Assembly (NCBI GenBank): GCA_963812605.1
Contig: CAWEWF010000001.1
Span: 224,001 to 288,000, forward strand
Length of the DNA stretch: 64,000 bases
Direction: 5' to 3'
Origin: an uncultured Verrucomicrobiae bacterium
GTDB taxonomy: Bacteria > Verrucomicrobiota > Verrucomicrobiia > Palsa-1439
The translations under genes were made by a program, and so were the position numbers. The notes under the pieces are model-generated. The model was given only the letters and a program-made list of their open reading frames with translations. It was not told where the DNA came from and made no database searches. The number at the start of each line of letters is the position of its first letter. The first letter of the stretch is position 1. Of this stretch, positions 30,900-41,743 are shown piece by piece.

Positions 30900-31289
30900 G
30901 CTATCCTCACGCACGTTAAGGCGTAGGCGAGGACAAGGAAAGGGCTGTGAATAACCTGTTAGTAGCCTGGACGAATAGCCACGTATTGCTAATTGGTCGT
31001 ATACATTGTCCAGGACATGCGTATTTTTTCGTTCACTGCTCGACCGAGTCTGTCACGAATGTTGTGAGGGGAAACCGCAGCTGCACATCGGTATAAAAGC
31101 CGATTCCGAGGCGTAATTTTCGCAGTTTGCCGGAGGTTTTGCCAGTGAGGCATGGGGGTTTGTTTCCTCGATATTCGCGTGCAGTTCTCTGCTCTCCGCC
31201 CGTCCCTGACAAGGTGCAGCCCGTGGGGCTGCCGCATAAAAAGTGTTAACACGCTGTGAATAAGTCGGCGTTGCGATGACGGAGGATGC
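30900..31289. other. Probable oriC part 1 / dnaA regulatory region
   Basis: Non-coding and AT-richer; perfect DnaA boxes TGTGAATAA (=TTATTCACA) at 30946-30954 and 31255-31263. Confidence 0.6.
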
Positions 31290-32646
31290 ATGACAATGGG
31301 GCATGAGCAATTGTGGCGAGACGCGAGCAAAATCCTGCAAGGAATGCTCAATCCTGAGTTGTTTGGCCGCTGGTTTGCGCCCATTAAGGCCGTCGAGGTC
31401 GATCAGGGCGCCCTCGTCCTGGGAGTGGCCAACGAATTCTACCAGATTTGGCTTCAGGATAATTTCCTCCCGTTGATTCGCGAGGCCGTCAATCAAGTTT
31501 CCCGCCACCCGTTGCAAGTCCGCTTTGCCATCGCGCCGGGCCTGAAAGCGCCGCCCGAAGTGATTAAGCCGATCCGTGATTGGCGCGGCGGAGAAACGCG
31601 GCGCAACCAGGACCTCTCTCGACGCGAAATTGAACCCGCGCTACACCTTCGACAGCTTCGTGATCGGCCCGAACAACAATTTCGCCCATGCCGCCGCGCT
31701 GGCGGTCGCGCAATCGCCCGCCAAAGCCTACAATCCGCTGTTCGTCTACGGCGGCGTGGGGCTTGGCAAGACGCATCTGATGCAGGCGATCGGCCATGCG
31801 GCGTCCGGCAACAGTAAAATCAGCCGGGTCTGTTACATAACCTGCGAGCAGTTCACCAACGATTTCATCCAGGCCATCCAGAACAGCACCATGACGAAGT
31901 TCCGCAAGAAGTACCGCCAGGTCGACGTGCTGCTCATCGACGACATCCAGTTTCTCGGCGGCAAGGAACGCATGCAGGACGAGTTCTTCCACACGTTTAA
32001 CACCCTTTTTGACGCGCATAAGCAGATCGTGCTTTCGAGCGACCGGCCGGCCGCGGAAATCGCCAACCTGGAGACCCGCCTGGTCTCCCGTTTTGAGTGG
32101 GGTTTGGTCACGGAACTCCAGCCGCCCGCGCTGGAAACGCGCATCGCCATCCTGAAGAAGAAGGCGGCCCTGATGGATGTGAAACTCTCGGACCAGGTCA
32201 TCGAGTTCCTCGCCGAGAGGATTCGCACCAATATCCGCCGTCTGGAGGGCGCGCTGATTCGCGTCGCCTCTTTTGCCTCCCTCACCGGCACCGAGATCAA
32301 CCGCGACGCCCTGGAATCGCTGTTGCGCGACGCGCTCCATGAAGAAGCCAAGCGGACGATTACCATCGAGTCGATCCAGAAGAAAGTTGCCGAGCATTTT
32401 GACATCCGCTTCGCCGACATGACCAGTCGGCGCCGCCCGCAAAACGTGGCCTTCCCGCGGCAGGTGGCGATGTACCTGAGCCGAATCCTGACCAGCCGGT
32501 CGCTCGCGGACATAGGCGAATGCTTCGGCGGCCGGGATCATGGCACGGTGATTCATGCCTGCAAACTGATTGAGAAGCGCGCGGCGAAGGACCAGGGCCT
32601 GCGTCAAACCGTGTCCTTTTTGGAGCAATCACTGCAACGCCAATAA
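31290..32646 (+). CDS. dnaA: Chromosomal replication initiator DnaA; frameshift near 31575 in the domain II linker
   Basis: Domain I (LW...FGRWFAPI...ANEFYQIWLQDNF) in one frame; LNPRYTFDSFV, GGVGLGKTHL, LLIDDIQF, RRLEGAL and GGRDHGTV in the next. Confidence 0.96.
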
Positions 32647-32868
32647 CCTGCCGGCAAGTTGTCAATCCGCGGCGGAATGATGCCAATGACCGGGGGATTT
32701 GTCTTCGAGGAAAATCTATTGGTCTCCAACGCGAACGTTTCCCGGGTAACACGAATCGATGCAACTATCTGCTGCATCCTTGACAAGGAAAGTTCTTTGC
32801 GATATTCACAGCCCGAACGGTAACGACTGTTTCTCTTATAATAATATAGTCTTAGTATTCATACAGCC
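32647..32868. other. dnaA-dnaN spacer: candidate oriC part 2 (DUE) and dnaN promoter
   Basis: TTGACA (32780)-17 nt-TATTCA overlapping a 1-mismatch DnaA box ATATTCACA (32802-32810); AT-rich tract TTCTCTTATAATAATATAGTCTTAGTATTCATA at ~32831-32863. Confidence 0.6.
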
Positions 32869-33969
32869 ATGCCCATCAAGTTCAAAGTGACCAAGGAAGC
32901 GATTCTCGACGGGTTGCAGCGCGTGCAAAACGTCGTGAGTACGCGCACGACCCTGCCGATTTTATCGAATGTGCTTGTCCAGGCTTCCACGGGCAGTTTG
33001 AGCCTGACGACCACGGACCTGGATGTTGGCGTTCGCTGTAAAGTCGAAGCCGAAGTGTCCAAGGCGGGTTCGACCACACTGCCCGCGCGCAAGCTGTTTT
33101 CCATTTTGAAGGAAGTGCCCGCGGCGGAAATTGAAGTTGAGGTGGACGACCGTAATGCGGCCTCCATTCGTTGTGGATCGTCATTCTACAAGATCATGGG
33201 ATTGCCCGAGGAAGAGTTTCCGCGGTTTCCAGAGTCCGGCGCGGGCAAAGCGTTGAAAATTGAGCAGGCCGTGCTGCGGGATATGCTGAAGAAAACGGCG
33301 TACGCCGTTTCCAACGACGAGACGCGCTATGTCCTGAACGGCGTTTTCATGGGATTTAAAGGCGATAAGCTCACGGTTGTGGCTACTGACGGACGCCGCC
33401 TGGCGCTGATCGAGCACGATATCGAGGTTCCCAAGGGGTCCGAAGCCGAACTGATCATTCCAACCAAGGCGGTGGCCGAGTTGGAACGTCTCCTGGCTGA
33501 CAAAGGCGATGTAAAACTCTCCATCGGTGAAAACCAGATTATGTTCGAGCTGGACGGCACCACGCTGGTCTCCAAGCTGATTGAAGGGACGTATCCGAAT
33601 TTTCGCCAGGTCATTCCCACCGAGACGAAAGAGCGTGTTCCGCTCGAACGCGAACTATTGCTGGCGGCGCTGCGGCGTGCTTCGATCTTGGCCAGCGAAA
33701 AGTCGCAGTCCGTGAAGCTCAATTTCGCCAAAAATACGCTCACGATCACTGCGACCACACCCGAAGTTGGCGAAGCCAAGGAAACGCTCTCCATCAATTA
33801 CAAGGGCAAGGAGATCACCATTGCCTTCAATCCGCAATATATGATGGATCCCCTGCGCAATCTGGACGCCGACGAGGTTTTTGTGGAATTGACCGACGAA
33901 TTGAGCCCTGGCGTCATCAAGGTCAACGCCCCGTTCCTCTACGTGCTGATGCCCATGCGGCTCAACTAG
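32869..33969 (+). CDS. dnaN: DNA polymerase III beta sliding clamp
   Basis: TLPILSNV, TDLD, ETRYVLNG, VATDGRRLA, SKLIEGTYPNF and VLMPMR. Confidence 0.98.
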   Translation: MPIKFKVTKEAILDGLQRVQNVVSTRTTLPILSNVLVQASTGSLSLTTTDLDVGVRCKVEAEVSKAGSTTLPARKLFSILKEVPAAEIEVEVDDRNAASIRCGSSFYKIMGLPEEEFPRFPESGAGKALKIEQAVLRDMLKKTAYAVSNDETRYVLNGVFMGFKGDKLTVVATDGRRLALIEHDIEVPKGSEAELIIPTKAVAELERLLADKGDVKLSIGENQIMFELDGTTLVSKLIEGTYPNFRQVIPTETKERVPLERELLLAALRRASILASEKSQSVKLNFAKNTLTITATTPEVGEAKETLSINYKGKEITIAFNPQYMMDPLRNLDADEVFVELTDELSPGVIKVNAPFLYVLMPMRLN

Positions 33970-33992
33970 CCGGTTCACTGAAGCTGGCGGAC

Positions 33993-34021
33993 TTGACACC
34001 TTTTTCGCCCCGCTCTACTCT
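33993..34021 (+). promoter_or_regulatory. Sigma70 promoter of tRNA-Gln
   Basis: TTGACA-17 nt-TACTCT. Confidence 0.65.
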
Positions 34022-34039
34022 TCCAGCAGCCATCACGAC

Positions 34040-34113
34040 TGCCTCGTAGTGTAATGGTAGCACAACTGACTCTGGATCAGTTTGTCTAGGTTCGAGTCCT
34101 AGCGAGGCAGCCA
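34040..34113 (+). tRNA. tRNA-Gln (CTG)
   Basis: TGCCTCG/CGAGGCA acceptor stem, ACTGA-CTCTGGA-TCAGT anticodon arm, GGTTCGAGTCC T-arm and CCA. Confidence 0.96.
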
Positions 34114-34443
34114 TTTTCAATTCTGGCCCGTAGCAATTGGTCGCGCCAGATCACAACATCACCGCTTGTTCTCTGGAGATTCCCGGGTATTCGCCACCGG
34201 GCCTACCGGCGCGTGTGATGATTCTCGGCTACCGCTCGATGTCCAGGTCGACCTTAGTCACCCGCGTAACCCATACCAGTACCGACATTTGCGGTTATCA
34301 CCCAATTGCCGAAGACGCCTAACGAGCAAGTATTTTTTGCGACGCAGCCTGCAACCGTTAAAAAAGCTTGCTTACGAGGCGGTAACCTTCTACTCTCCCG
34401 CAGTCTGAGGCGCAGTTGCGAGAAGGGAAGGAGTTTGGATCGC

Positions 34444-35220
34444 ATGGTCCTGGGTAGTCGCCAAGTTGCGGAGCATTTTTTGCCGCAGAAATCCAATGGC
34501 CAACCACAAGCGGCGTTCACACTCATTGAACTGTTGGTGGTTATGGGCATCATCGGCATTCTCGCGGGACTGTTATTGCCGGCGCTTTCCCAAGCGCGGG
34601 ACCGGGCGCGCTCGGCCAGATGCATCAGCAACCTGAGGCAGATCAACTTCGCCATGGGTTTGTATGGAGATGACTATGGGTACTATCCCGCAGGCCATCA
34701 GGCGGGTGTAACGCAGTGGGATCTATGCATTGGCGTCTACGCCGGCGGTGTTAACAACCCGTATGTTACCCAAGCCCGCACCATGCTGTTTACCTGTCCC
34801 TCCGTGAAGATACCGGATAACGGTACGCAGCTCAACTACTCGGCCAACCCGAACATCTGCAAGGAAGTCCCCGCCGGCGCTCAAGTCAGGTATGGAAGCC
34901 TCGACCGCGTTTCCGAGATCATCCTCGTCGCCGATGCCATCCAGTACACCAGCGATGGAAGTTCGCAGGCTATTCTCTGGGGTGTGAATGGCAGCAGCGG
35001 CAACCCGATTTACCTGAACAACGGCAATCCGGCGAATGCCAATCAGCCTGTTCCCACCGGCCCCGACCAAGATCAGGCCTTGGGCGCCGCTGATCCGAAC
35101 GGCTCCAATTTCCGCTTCCGCCACGGAAACAAATCGATCAACGCGTTATTTGTCGACGGCCACGCCGACAGTTTCGTCAAAGGCCAGATTCGAGACCGGA
35201 ATGTGTACGTCAACTATTAA
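34444..35220 (+). CDS. Prepilin-type N-terminal cleavage/methylation protein with H-X9-DG motif (DUF1559 family)
   Basis: AFTLIELLVVMGIIGILAGLLLPALSQAR...CISNLRQ; RHGNKSINALFVDGH. Confidence 0.92.
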   Translation: MVLGSRQVAEHFLPQKSNGQPQAAFTLIELLVVMGIIGILAGLLLPALSQARDRARSARCISNLRQINFAMGLYGDDYGYYPAGHQAGVTQWDLCIGVYAGGVNNPYVTQARTMLFTCPSVKIPDNGTQLNYSANPNICKEVPAGAQVRYGSLDRVSEIILVADAIQYTSDGSSQAILWGVNGSSGNPIYLNNGNPANANQPVPTGPDQDQALGAADPNGSNFRFRHGNKSINALFVDGHADSFVKGQIRDRNVYVNY

Positions 35221-35302
35221 GGTCCCCGTCAAGGCAGAGATCCCCGTCGATACAGATCGTCCGCCGGGTCAAGGACGTTAGACGTGGTGGTCACCAGGGC
35301 GA

Positions 35303-37966
35303 ATGATGAATTCAAACCGGACTTACATTTGGCAACGGAACCGAAAATCCGGGAATGCGGGCACGGCGCGGCTTGTTGGCGATAGGACGACGACAGGAGA
35401 CCTTGCGGATAAACGAACATCGCGACGATCCGGAGTCGGAGCTCAAAGACTGTCGCCCACCTCGACGATTGCCGATGCGAACGACCGTCCGCGGGTGGAC
35501 GGCAAGTTCCTCAAGGTCAAAGGACGACGATTCTGGGTGAAAGGCGTCACCTATGGGGCGTTTCATCCCAATGCGGAAGGAGATCCATTCCCCACGCGAC
35601 AGCAGGTCGGTGATGATTTCATTCGCATGTACGAAGCCGGCGTTAACACCGTCCGCCTCTACGCGCCGCCCCCCGACTGGCTTGCGGATCTAGCCGCCCG
35701 GATCGGGCTCTACCTTGTACCGGATATTTGTTGGGGGCCGCGCAAGTGCGAGTTGGACAACGAGTATCGGCTGCGCTACATCCGAGAGTGGACACGCGAA
35801 CACGCCCGCCGTCTGGCCAACCACCCGGCGATGTTGCTCTATTCGATCGGCAATGAGATTCCTCCCCTGCTCATCCGTTGGTACGGACGAGCCCAGGTGG
35901 AGAGCTTCCTGCGGTCCCTGCATGACATCGTCAAGGAGGAATCCCCGGACGCGTTGGTGACGTATGTGAATCACCCGCCCACCGAGTATCTCCACCTCCC
36001 ATTTCTGGATGTCGTGTCCTACAACATTTTTCTGGAGCGCGAGCCCGAATTCCGCGCTTATCTGGCGCGGTTACAGAACCTTGTTGGCGATCGCCCCCTC
36101 TTGCTCACCGAGGTCGGATTGGACGCAAACCAGCATGGCGAGGTTGCGCAAGCGAAATTCCTCGACTGGCAGGTGCGCGCCGCGTTCGAGAAAGGTCTCT
36201 GCGGCGTGTCGGTTTATGGCTGGACCGACGAGTGGGGTATTTTCAATGAGACGATCCACGGTTGGTCCTTTGGTCTGACCCATGCCGATCGCCGACCAAA
36301 GGCGGCGCTCCGCACGATCACCGACATCTATCACCGCGATCTCTACCGCATGCGCCGCAAGCCGTGGCCGTTGGTATCCGTCGTGGTCTGCGGTTACAAC
36401 GCTGCGTCGACCATGGGGGAGTGTTTGCGGTCATTGGCACACCTCAGCTACCCACGTTACGAGGTGATTGTGGTTGACGACGGATCGACCGACGCCACGC
36501 ACGCGTTCGCCCTGGAGCACGGTATGCGTTGCCTCCGTGTGCCCAATGGCGGCCTGAGCAAGGCGCGCAACCTCGGCATCGAGGCCGCCCGCGGTGAAAT
36601 CGTTGCGTTTATCGATGCCGATGCCTACGCCGATCCCGAATGGCTGTACTACCTTGTCACGGCGCTGGAGGAGCACGGGGCGGCGGCGGCGGGAGGGCCG
36701 AATTTGTCGCCGCCGGGCGATGGGTTCATGGCCCAGTGTGTGGACCAGTCACCCGGCAACCCCACCTGCGTGCTTGTCGACAACGAGCGCGCCGAACACA
36801 TCCCCGGCTGCAACATGGCGTACCGCAAAAAGTATCTCCAGTGGGTTGGCAATTTCGATCCGCGCCATCGGGCCGCCGGCGACGATGTCGATGTGTGTTG
36901 GAAGCTGCTGGTCAGCGGTCGCAAGATTGTTTACAGCCCCAGCGCGGTGGTCTGGCATCATCGACGGCCTACTGTCCGCTCTTATTTGCGCCAGCAGCAA
37001 GGCTATGGGTACGCCGAGGCGCACTTGCGACGACGCTACCCCGGCCGATTCAATATGTTCGGCTACCCCGTCTGGCAGGGTGGTGTGTACGACACCGCCC
37101 ATGTTAACCTGCGCTTGCAGGGATTGCCGGTGATTTTCCGTCCGCGCGTCTACCAGGGCCAGTTTTGCGGCGCGCAGTTTCAGTCGTTATATCAACCGTT
37201 CTTGTCCTGGTGGTTTCAAGTTTTCACCCTCATCGAGTGGCAATTGCTGGCGGGCTGCACATTGTTGGCGGGGCTGTTGGGCGCGTGGCGTGAGCCGGTT
37301 ATCGGCGTGGCCACGCTGGCAGTAGCAGTGGCCATGATCGGCTTGACGATCACGGCAGCGTTGTTGGCGGGGTTCCGCGCGGCGCATTCCAAGAAATGGC
37401 GGGGTAACGAAAAGTGGCGCGGCGTAAGTACTGTGAGCACACTGTACATTGTCCAACCCATCGCCCGCGCCCTGGGCCGGGTCCGCGGATGGTGGCACCT
37501 GCGCAAGCACCGCTGGGAATTTCCCGAGGTGGATGTTCTGGAAGGCAACCTCGTCAAACGCGGTGAATGGTTGCAGCGGGTGGAAGAGCACATGAGGTCT
37601 TGTGGTTGGATCGTGCGACCCAGTAACGATTGGGGTAACGCCGATTTGGACATACTTGGGCCAGGACCCTACACGCTAAAACTCTGCTCGGTCTACGAGG
37701 AGAACCTGGAGCGGGGACAACATTTCATCCGCTACCGCGTGAAGGTCCGCATGAAACCGCACGCGCCACTGATGGTGGCCGCGCTCATGGCGAGCCTGGT
37801 GGCGATCACGCAGGCGCTGTATCTCGCGCCGCTGGCCGTACCCGTCCTACTGATTCTCCGCCGCTATGTGTGCGCCCGAAAAATGATGATCCGGGCCGTC
37901 TCCCAAAAGGCGATGGAATGCGGCTGGCCGCTGGGCATGCCCCGCGCCAAGGAGTACTCTTGCTAA
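35303..37966 (+). CDS. Fusion of clan GH-A (GH2-like) TIM barrel, GT2 glycosyltransferase and C-terminal TM region
   Basis: KGVTYG, GVNTVRLY, YSIGNEI and LLTEVG; then VSVVVCGYN, VVDDGSTD, FIDADA, GCNMA, GDDVD and QQQGYG; TM helices. Start codon uncertain. Confidence 0.85.
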   Translation: MMNSNRTYIWQRNRKSGNAGTARLVGDRTTTGDLADKRTSRRSGVGAQRLSPTSTIADANDRPRVDGKFLKVKGRRFWVKGVTYGAFHPNAEGDPFPTRQQVGDDFIRMYEAGVNTVRLYAPPPDWLADLAARIGLYLVPDICWGPRKCELDNEYRLRYIREWTREHARRLANHPAMLLYSIGNEIPPLLIRWYGRAQVESFLRSLHDIVKEESPDALVTYVNHPPTEYLHLPFLDVVSYNIFLEREPEFRAYLARLQNLVGDRPLLLTEVGLDANQHGEVAQAKFLDWQVRAAFEKGLCGVSVYGWTDEWGIFNETIHGWSFGLTHADRRPKAALRTITDIYHRDLYRMRRKPWPLVSVVVCGYNAASTMGECLRSLAHLSYPRYEVIVVDDGSTDATHAFALEHGMRCLRVPNGGLSKARNLGIEAARGEIVAFIDADAYADPEWLYYLVTALEEHGAAAAGGPNLSPPGDGFMAQCVDQSPGNPTCVLVDNERAEHIPGCNMAYRKKYLQWVGNFDPRHRAAGDDVDVCWKLLVSGRKIVYSPSAVVWHHRRPTVRSYLRQQQGYGYAEAHLRRRYPGRFNMFGYPVWQGGVYDTAHVNLRLQGLPVIFRPRVYQGQFCGAQFQSLYQPFLSWWFQVFTLIEWQLLAGCTLLAGLLGAWREPVIGVATLAVAVAMIGLTITAALLAGFRAAHSKKWRGNEKWRGVSTVSTLYIVQPIARALGRVRGWWHLRKHRWEFPEVDVLEGNLVKRGEWLQRVEEHMRSCGWIVRPSNDWGNADLDILGPGPYTLKLCSVYEENLERGQHFIRYRVKVRMKPHAPLMVAALMASLVAITQALYLAPLAVPVLLILRRYVCARKMMIRAVSQKAMECGWPLGMPRAKEYSC

Positions 37967-39786
37967 TGTTGCGAAAACTCTGGCCCTATTGGCGCGGCGC
38001 GAAAGCGGACACCTTCCTGGGTTCGGTCGTGCTGGTATTCGTGGCCGCCATGGAGCTCGTCCAACCGTGGCCGTTCAAATGGCTCGTGGATTGTGTGTTC
38101 GGATCGCGTCCCGCGCCGGCATGGCTGTCGCGCATCTGGCCGGCCTTTGCCGACCACGATGCTCCGGGTGCGATCCTGGCGGTTTGCGTGATGATTGTGG
38201 CGCTGACCGTGGTGCACCGATTGGCTGCGATGCTGGGCTCCATGCTCTGGGTGCGCGCAGGCTGGCACATCGTGTTGCAACTGCGCTGCGCAGCCTTCGA
38301 CAGGCTGCACCGGTTGTCGATGTCCTATCACGAGCGCACCCGCGTGGGCGAATCCTTGTACCGCGTCGCCTACGATGCCCATGCCGCGCAATCCCTCCTC
38401 AGCGGTTCGATCGTGCCGATCTGGAGTGCCAGCCTGGTATTCGCCGGGGTGATCGCCGTCATGTTGCGATTGGATCCATGGCTGACGCTGGCGGCGCTCA
38501 TTGTCGCGCCGCTGTTTCTGCTGACCATCCGCGGGTTTGGGCACAGAATTGACGAACTCTCCAAACGTTACCACGAGAACGAAAGCGGGTTGGTCTCGAC
38601 CATTCAAGAATCGCTCTCGTCCATCCGGGCCGTGCAGGCGTTCACACTCGAGCCCGAAACGGGCCAGCGGTTTCGCGAGCAGGCCTTGGAAAGCCGCGCG
38701 ACCAACTTGCGTCTCACCCGGACGCAATTTTGGTTCTCTGGCTGCGTGGGTCTGGTGATGACGGCCGGGACAGTGACCGTGATTTGGATCGGCGCGCATG
38801 GCGTCTTGGGCGGACGGTTGACACTGGGGGACATCCTTGTGTTTCTCGCTTATGTGGGGATGCTGTACCAGCCCATGAACGCCTTCAGCCAGGGCGTGAC
38901 CGTGGCCAAGACCGCCAACACCCAACTCCGGCGCGTGTTTGAGGTGATTGATGCGATCCCCGAGATCCGCGACCGACCAGGAGCGAAACCATTGCCAGTC
39001 GTCCGTGGAGAGGTCGAGTTTCGCGACGTAAGCTTCCAGTACGAACCCGGACGTCCCGCGCTTCGTGATGTTGTGCTAACCGTGGAACCTGGCCGGATTG
39101 TGGCAGTCGTGGGCCGCACCGGCGCTGGGAAGACCACGCTGGCAAGCTTACTCATGCGATTCTACGATCCGACCAGCGGCGCGGTGTTGCTCGACGGCCA
39201 CGACCTGCGCGATCTGCCTCTGGCGTGGTTGCGCCAACGGGTCAGCGTCGTGCTCCAGGATCCAATCATCTTCTCGACCTCCGTTGCGGAGAATATCGCG
39301 TATGGCCGACCGGGGGCGACACGCACGCAAATCGAGGAAGCGGCGCGCCGGTCACAGTCCGGCGATTTCATCCTCGCGTTGCCGCAAGGTTACGATACGG
39401 TGCTGGGCGAACGGGGAGTTAATTTATCCGGCGGGCAGCGCCAGCGGTTGGCCATTGCCCGCTCATTGCTGAAGGACGCGGCGATTCTGGTGCTCGATGA
39501 ACCAACTTCCGCCGTGGATTCAGAGACGGAGCGGGCGCTGCTGGACGGTGTTAACGAGCTGGCGAAGAACCGCACGATGTTCATCATCTCCCACCGTTTG
39601 TCCACCGTACGACTGGCCGATCTGATTGTGGTTCTCGACAATGGACGAATCGCGGAGCGCGGCACGCACGCGGAACTGATGGGGCACGACACAGCGTACC
39701 GTCGTCTCTACCTCAACCAGTGGGGACCCGAGGACAGGTCGGCCAGCGATCTTGCGGCTGCCGTTTCCCCGGTATGGAAATCGTGA
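37966..39786 (+). CDS. ABC exporter, fused permease/ATP-binding
   Basis: TAATG coupling to the upstream gene; GRTGAGKT, LSGGQRQR, LDEPTS and ISHRLST. Confidence 0.94.
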   Translation: MLRKLWPYWRGAKADTFLGSVVLVFVAAMELVQPWPFKWLVDCVFGSRPAPAWLSRIWPAFADHDAPGAILAVCVMIVALTVVHRLAAMLGSMLWVRAGWHIVLQLRCAAFDRLHRLSMSYHERTRVGESLYRVAYDAHAAQSLLSGSIVPIWSASLVFAGVIAVMLRLDPWLTLAALIVAPLFLLTIRGFGHRIDELSKRYHENESGLVSTIQESLSSIRAVQAFTLEPETGQRFREQALESRATNLRLTRTQFWFSGCVGLVMTAGTVTVIWIGAHGVLGGRLTLGDILVFLAYVGMLYQPMNAFSQGVTVAKTANTQLRRVFEVIDAIPEIRDRPGAKPLPVVRGEVEFRDVSFQYEPGRPALRDVVLTVEPGRIVAVVGRTGAGKTTLASLLMRFYDPTSGAVLLDGHDLRDLPLAWLRQRVSVVLQDPIIFSTSVAENIAYGRPGATRTQIEEAARRSQSGDFILALPQGYDTVLGERGVNLSGGQRQRLAIARSLLKDAAILVLDEPTSAVDSETERALLDGVNELAKNRTMFIISHRLSTVRLADLIVVLDNGRIAERGTHAELMGHDTAYRRLYLNQWGPEDRSASDLAAAVSPVWKS

Positions 39787-39801
39787 ACCTACGGTGATGT
39801 C

Positions 39802-41400
39802 GTGACTGCATCCTTCCATCACCGTCGCAGCCCGAAGCTCTGCCTCGCCGCAGTCATTGCGACCATGGTGGCCTCATGGGTATGCGCCCAGTCGTACCTC
39901 TCAGCCGTCGGCGTGGTCGAGATCAACCCCGGGCCTTCCAGCTCGTTTCCCACCAACCTGACTGTCTTTGGCAACGCGCTGTACTTCCAAGCCACCGACG
40001 GGATCAATGGTTACGAACTATGGAAGTACGACGGCCAGGGTGCCAGCCTCGTCAGCAACATCAATAGCACCAGCTCGGCGGACTCCTTCCCACAGGAACT
40101 GGCCGCGATCAGCAATGTGCTGTATTTCCAGGCCACCGACGGGATCAACGGTTACGAGCCGTGGAAGTACGATGGCACCACCGCGACGCTGATAAGCAAT
40201 ATCAACGCGACAAGCGACTCCTTTCCCCAGTTCTTCACCCCGTTTAACAATGCGGTCTATTTCCGCGCCAACGATGGCCTACACGGCTACGAACTCTGGC
40301 GCTACAACGGCACCAATGCCCAGCGCGTGACCGACATCAACCCTGGCAGCGGCAGCTCATTCCCGGCCTATTTGACCGCGTTCAATGGCGCGTTGTATTT
40401 TCAAGCGACGGACGGGAACAACAACTATGAGTTGTGGAAGTACGATGGCACGAATGCCTCCCAAGTCGCCGACATCAATCCGGGCAGCAACAAGAGTTCC
40501 TTTCCACAATACCTGACGGTGTTTAGCAATGCGCTGTATTTTGCGGCCAATGACGGCAATAACGGATTCGAACTGTGGAAATCGACCGGCACCAACGCGA
40601 CGTTGGCGGCGAATATTCGCCCGGGCAACAGCACAGGTTCTGATCCCCACAACCTGACCGTCTTTGGCAACGCGCTGTATTTCGCGGCTACCGATGGCAT
40701 CAATGGCTACGAGTTGTGGAAATACGACGGCACCAGCACGAACGCCACGCGCATTACGGACATCAATCCCGGCGCCGCGGATTCATTTCCCTCGTGGCTG
40801 ACCGTCTTCAACAATGCCCTCTATTTTTCGGCCACGAACGCCACCTATGGATGGGAGCTATGGAAGTATGACGGCACGAACGTATCGTTGGTCGCCGACA
40901 TCAATCCCGGCAGCGCAAGCTCCTTCCCGTCATATCTGACGATGTTCAATGGGGCGCTCTACTTCTCGGCCGTCGATGGCACCCATGGCAACCAGCTGTG
41001 GCGCTACGACGGAACGAACGCGGCGCTCGTAGCCGACGCCAACGCGGCGAACACGAACTTTTTCCCCAAGTTTCTGACCCCCCTTGGCAATCAGCTTTGT
41101 TTTCAGGCCAACGGCGGGGTGGCCGATTTTGAGTTGGGGCGGCTGAGATTTACACCCTTTACCATTCAATCTATCGCGACTACCACCAACGATGTTCTAA
41201 TTGCGTGGACAACCGTGGGCGGCCAGACAAATCAGGTCGAGGCGTCCAATGGCGATGCCAGCGGAAATTACACCAACAGTTTTCTCCCACTCGGTCCGTT
41301 GCTCATCGTCCCGGGCACCGACGAAACGGTCACCAACCTTCTCGATCCCGGCGGGGCGACGAACCTGCCAGCCCGCTTCTACCGCATTCACGGCCAATAG
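39802..41400 (+). CDS. Secreted ELWxxDGT-repeat protein
   Basis: About nine DINPG...SFP..LT.FN.ALYF.A.DG.NGYELWKYDGT repeats; C-terminal ...ARFYRIHGQ domain. Confidence 0.92.
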   Translation: MTASFHHRRSPKLCLAAVIATMVASWVCAQSYLSAVGVVEINPGPSSSFPTNLTVFGNALYFQATDGINGYELWKYDGQGASLVSNINSTSSADSFPQELAAISNVLYFQATDGINGYEPWKYDGTTATLISNINATSDSFPQFFTPFNNAVYFRANDGLHGYELWRYNGTNAQRVTDINPGSGSSFPAYLTAFNGALYFQATDGNNNYELWKYDGTNASQVADINPGSNKSSFPQYLTVFSNALYFAANDGNNGFELWKSTGTNATLAANIRPGNSTGSDPHNLTVFGNALYFAATDGINGYELWKYDGTSTNATRITDINPGAADSFPSWLTVFNNALYFSATNATYGWELWKYDGTNVSLVADINPGSASSFPSYLTMFNGALYFSAVDGTHGNQLWRYDGTNAALVADANAANTNFFPKFLTPLGNQLCFQANGGVADFELGRLRFTPFTIQSIATTTNDVLIAWTTVGGQTNQVEASNGDASGNYTNSFLPLGPLLIVPGTDETVTNLLDPGGATNLPARFYRIHGQ

Positions 41401-41743
41401 TAACCTGCCTCCGTTGTTCTATCGCTCCGCATCCGTGCCAACCAACGACAAACCGCGCTAATTCGAGACAGTTTGTTGTGGACCCAGTTGTTGGCCTGAA
41501 TGCATTTCAATTGGGGTGGATACCATTGCATTTGGATTCCCAACGCAGGAAGTGTTGCGTGAACGAGTCCACGACTTCGTGGCCCGAAGGCCCAACAGAA
41601 GCAACTCCTGGCTACTAAATAGGCGACTGTACGGCTCATAGAGCGCCGCGACAACGAACTGATGCACTACGCCTGCTTCAGTTCCCTTGACTTTGGCGAA
41701 ACCTTGGTGCTTATTCCGGCCGTCTTGGGTGCGAGAGCAGCTC

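Noticed and set aside
31560-31590. Frameshift in dnaA as programmed frameshifting or a pseudogene
   Set aside because: There is no slippery sequence. Similar single-base shifts occur in carB, ruvC, GH50, DUF4159, BatA, transglutaminase and SNF2, so sequencing consensus error is the simpler explanation. Read-level polishing would settle it.
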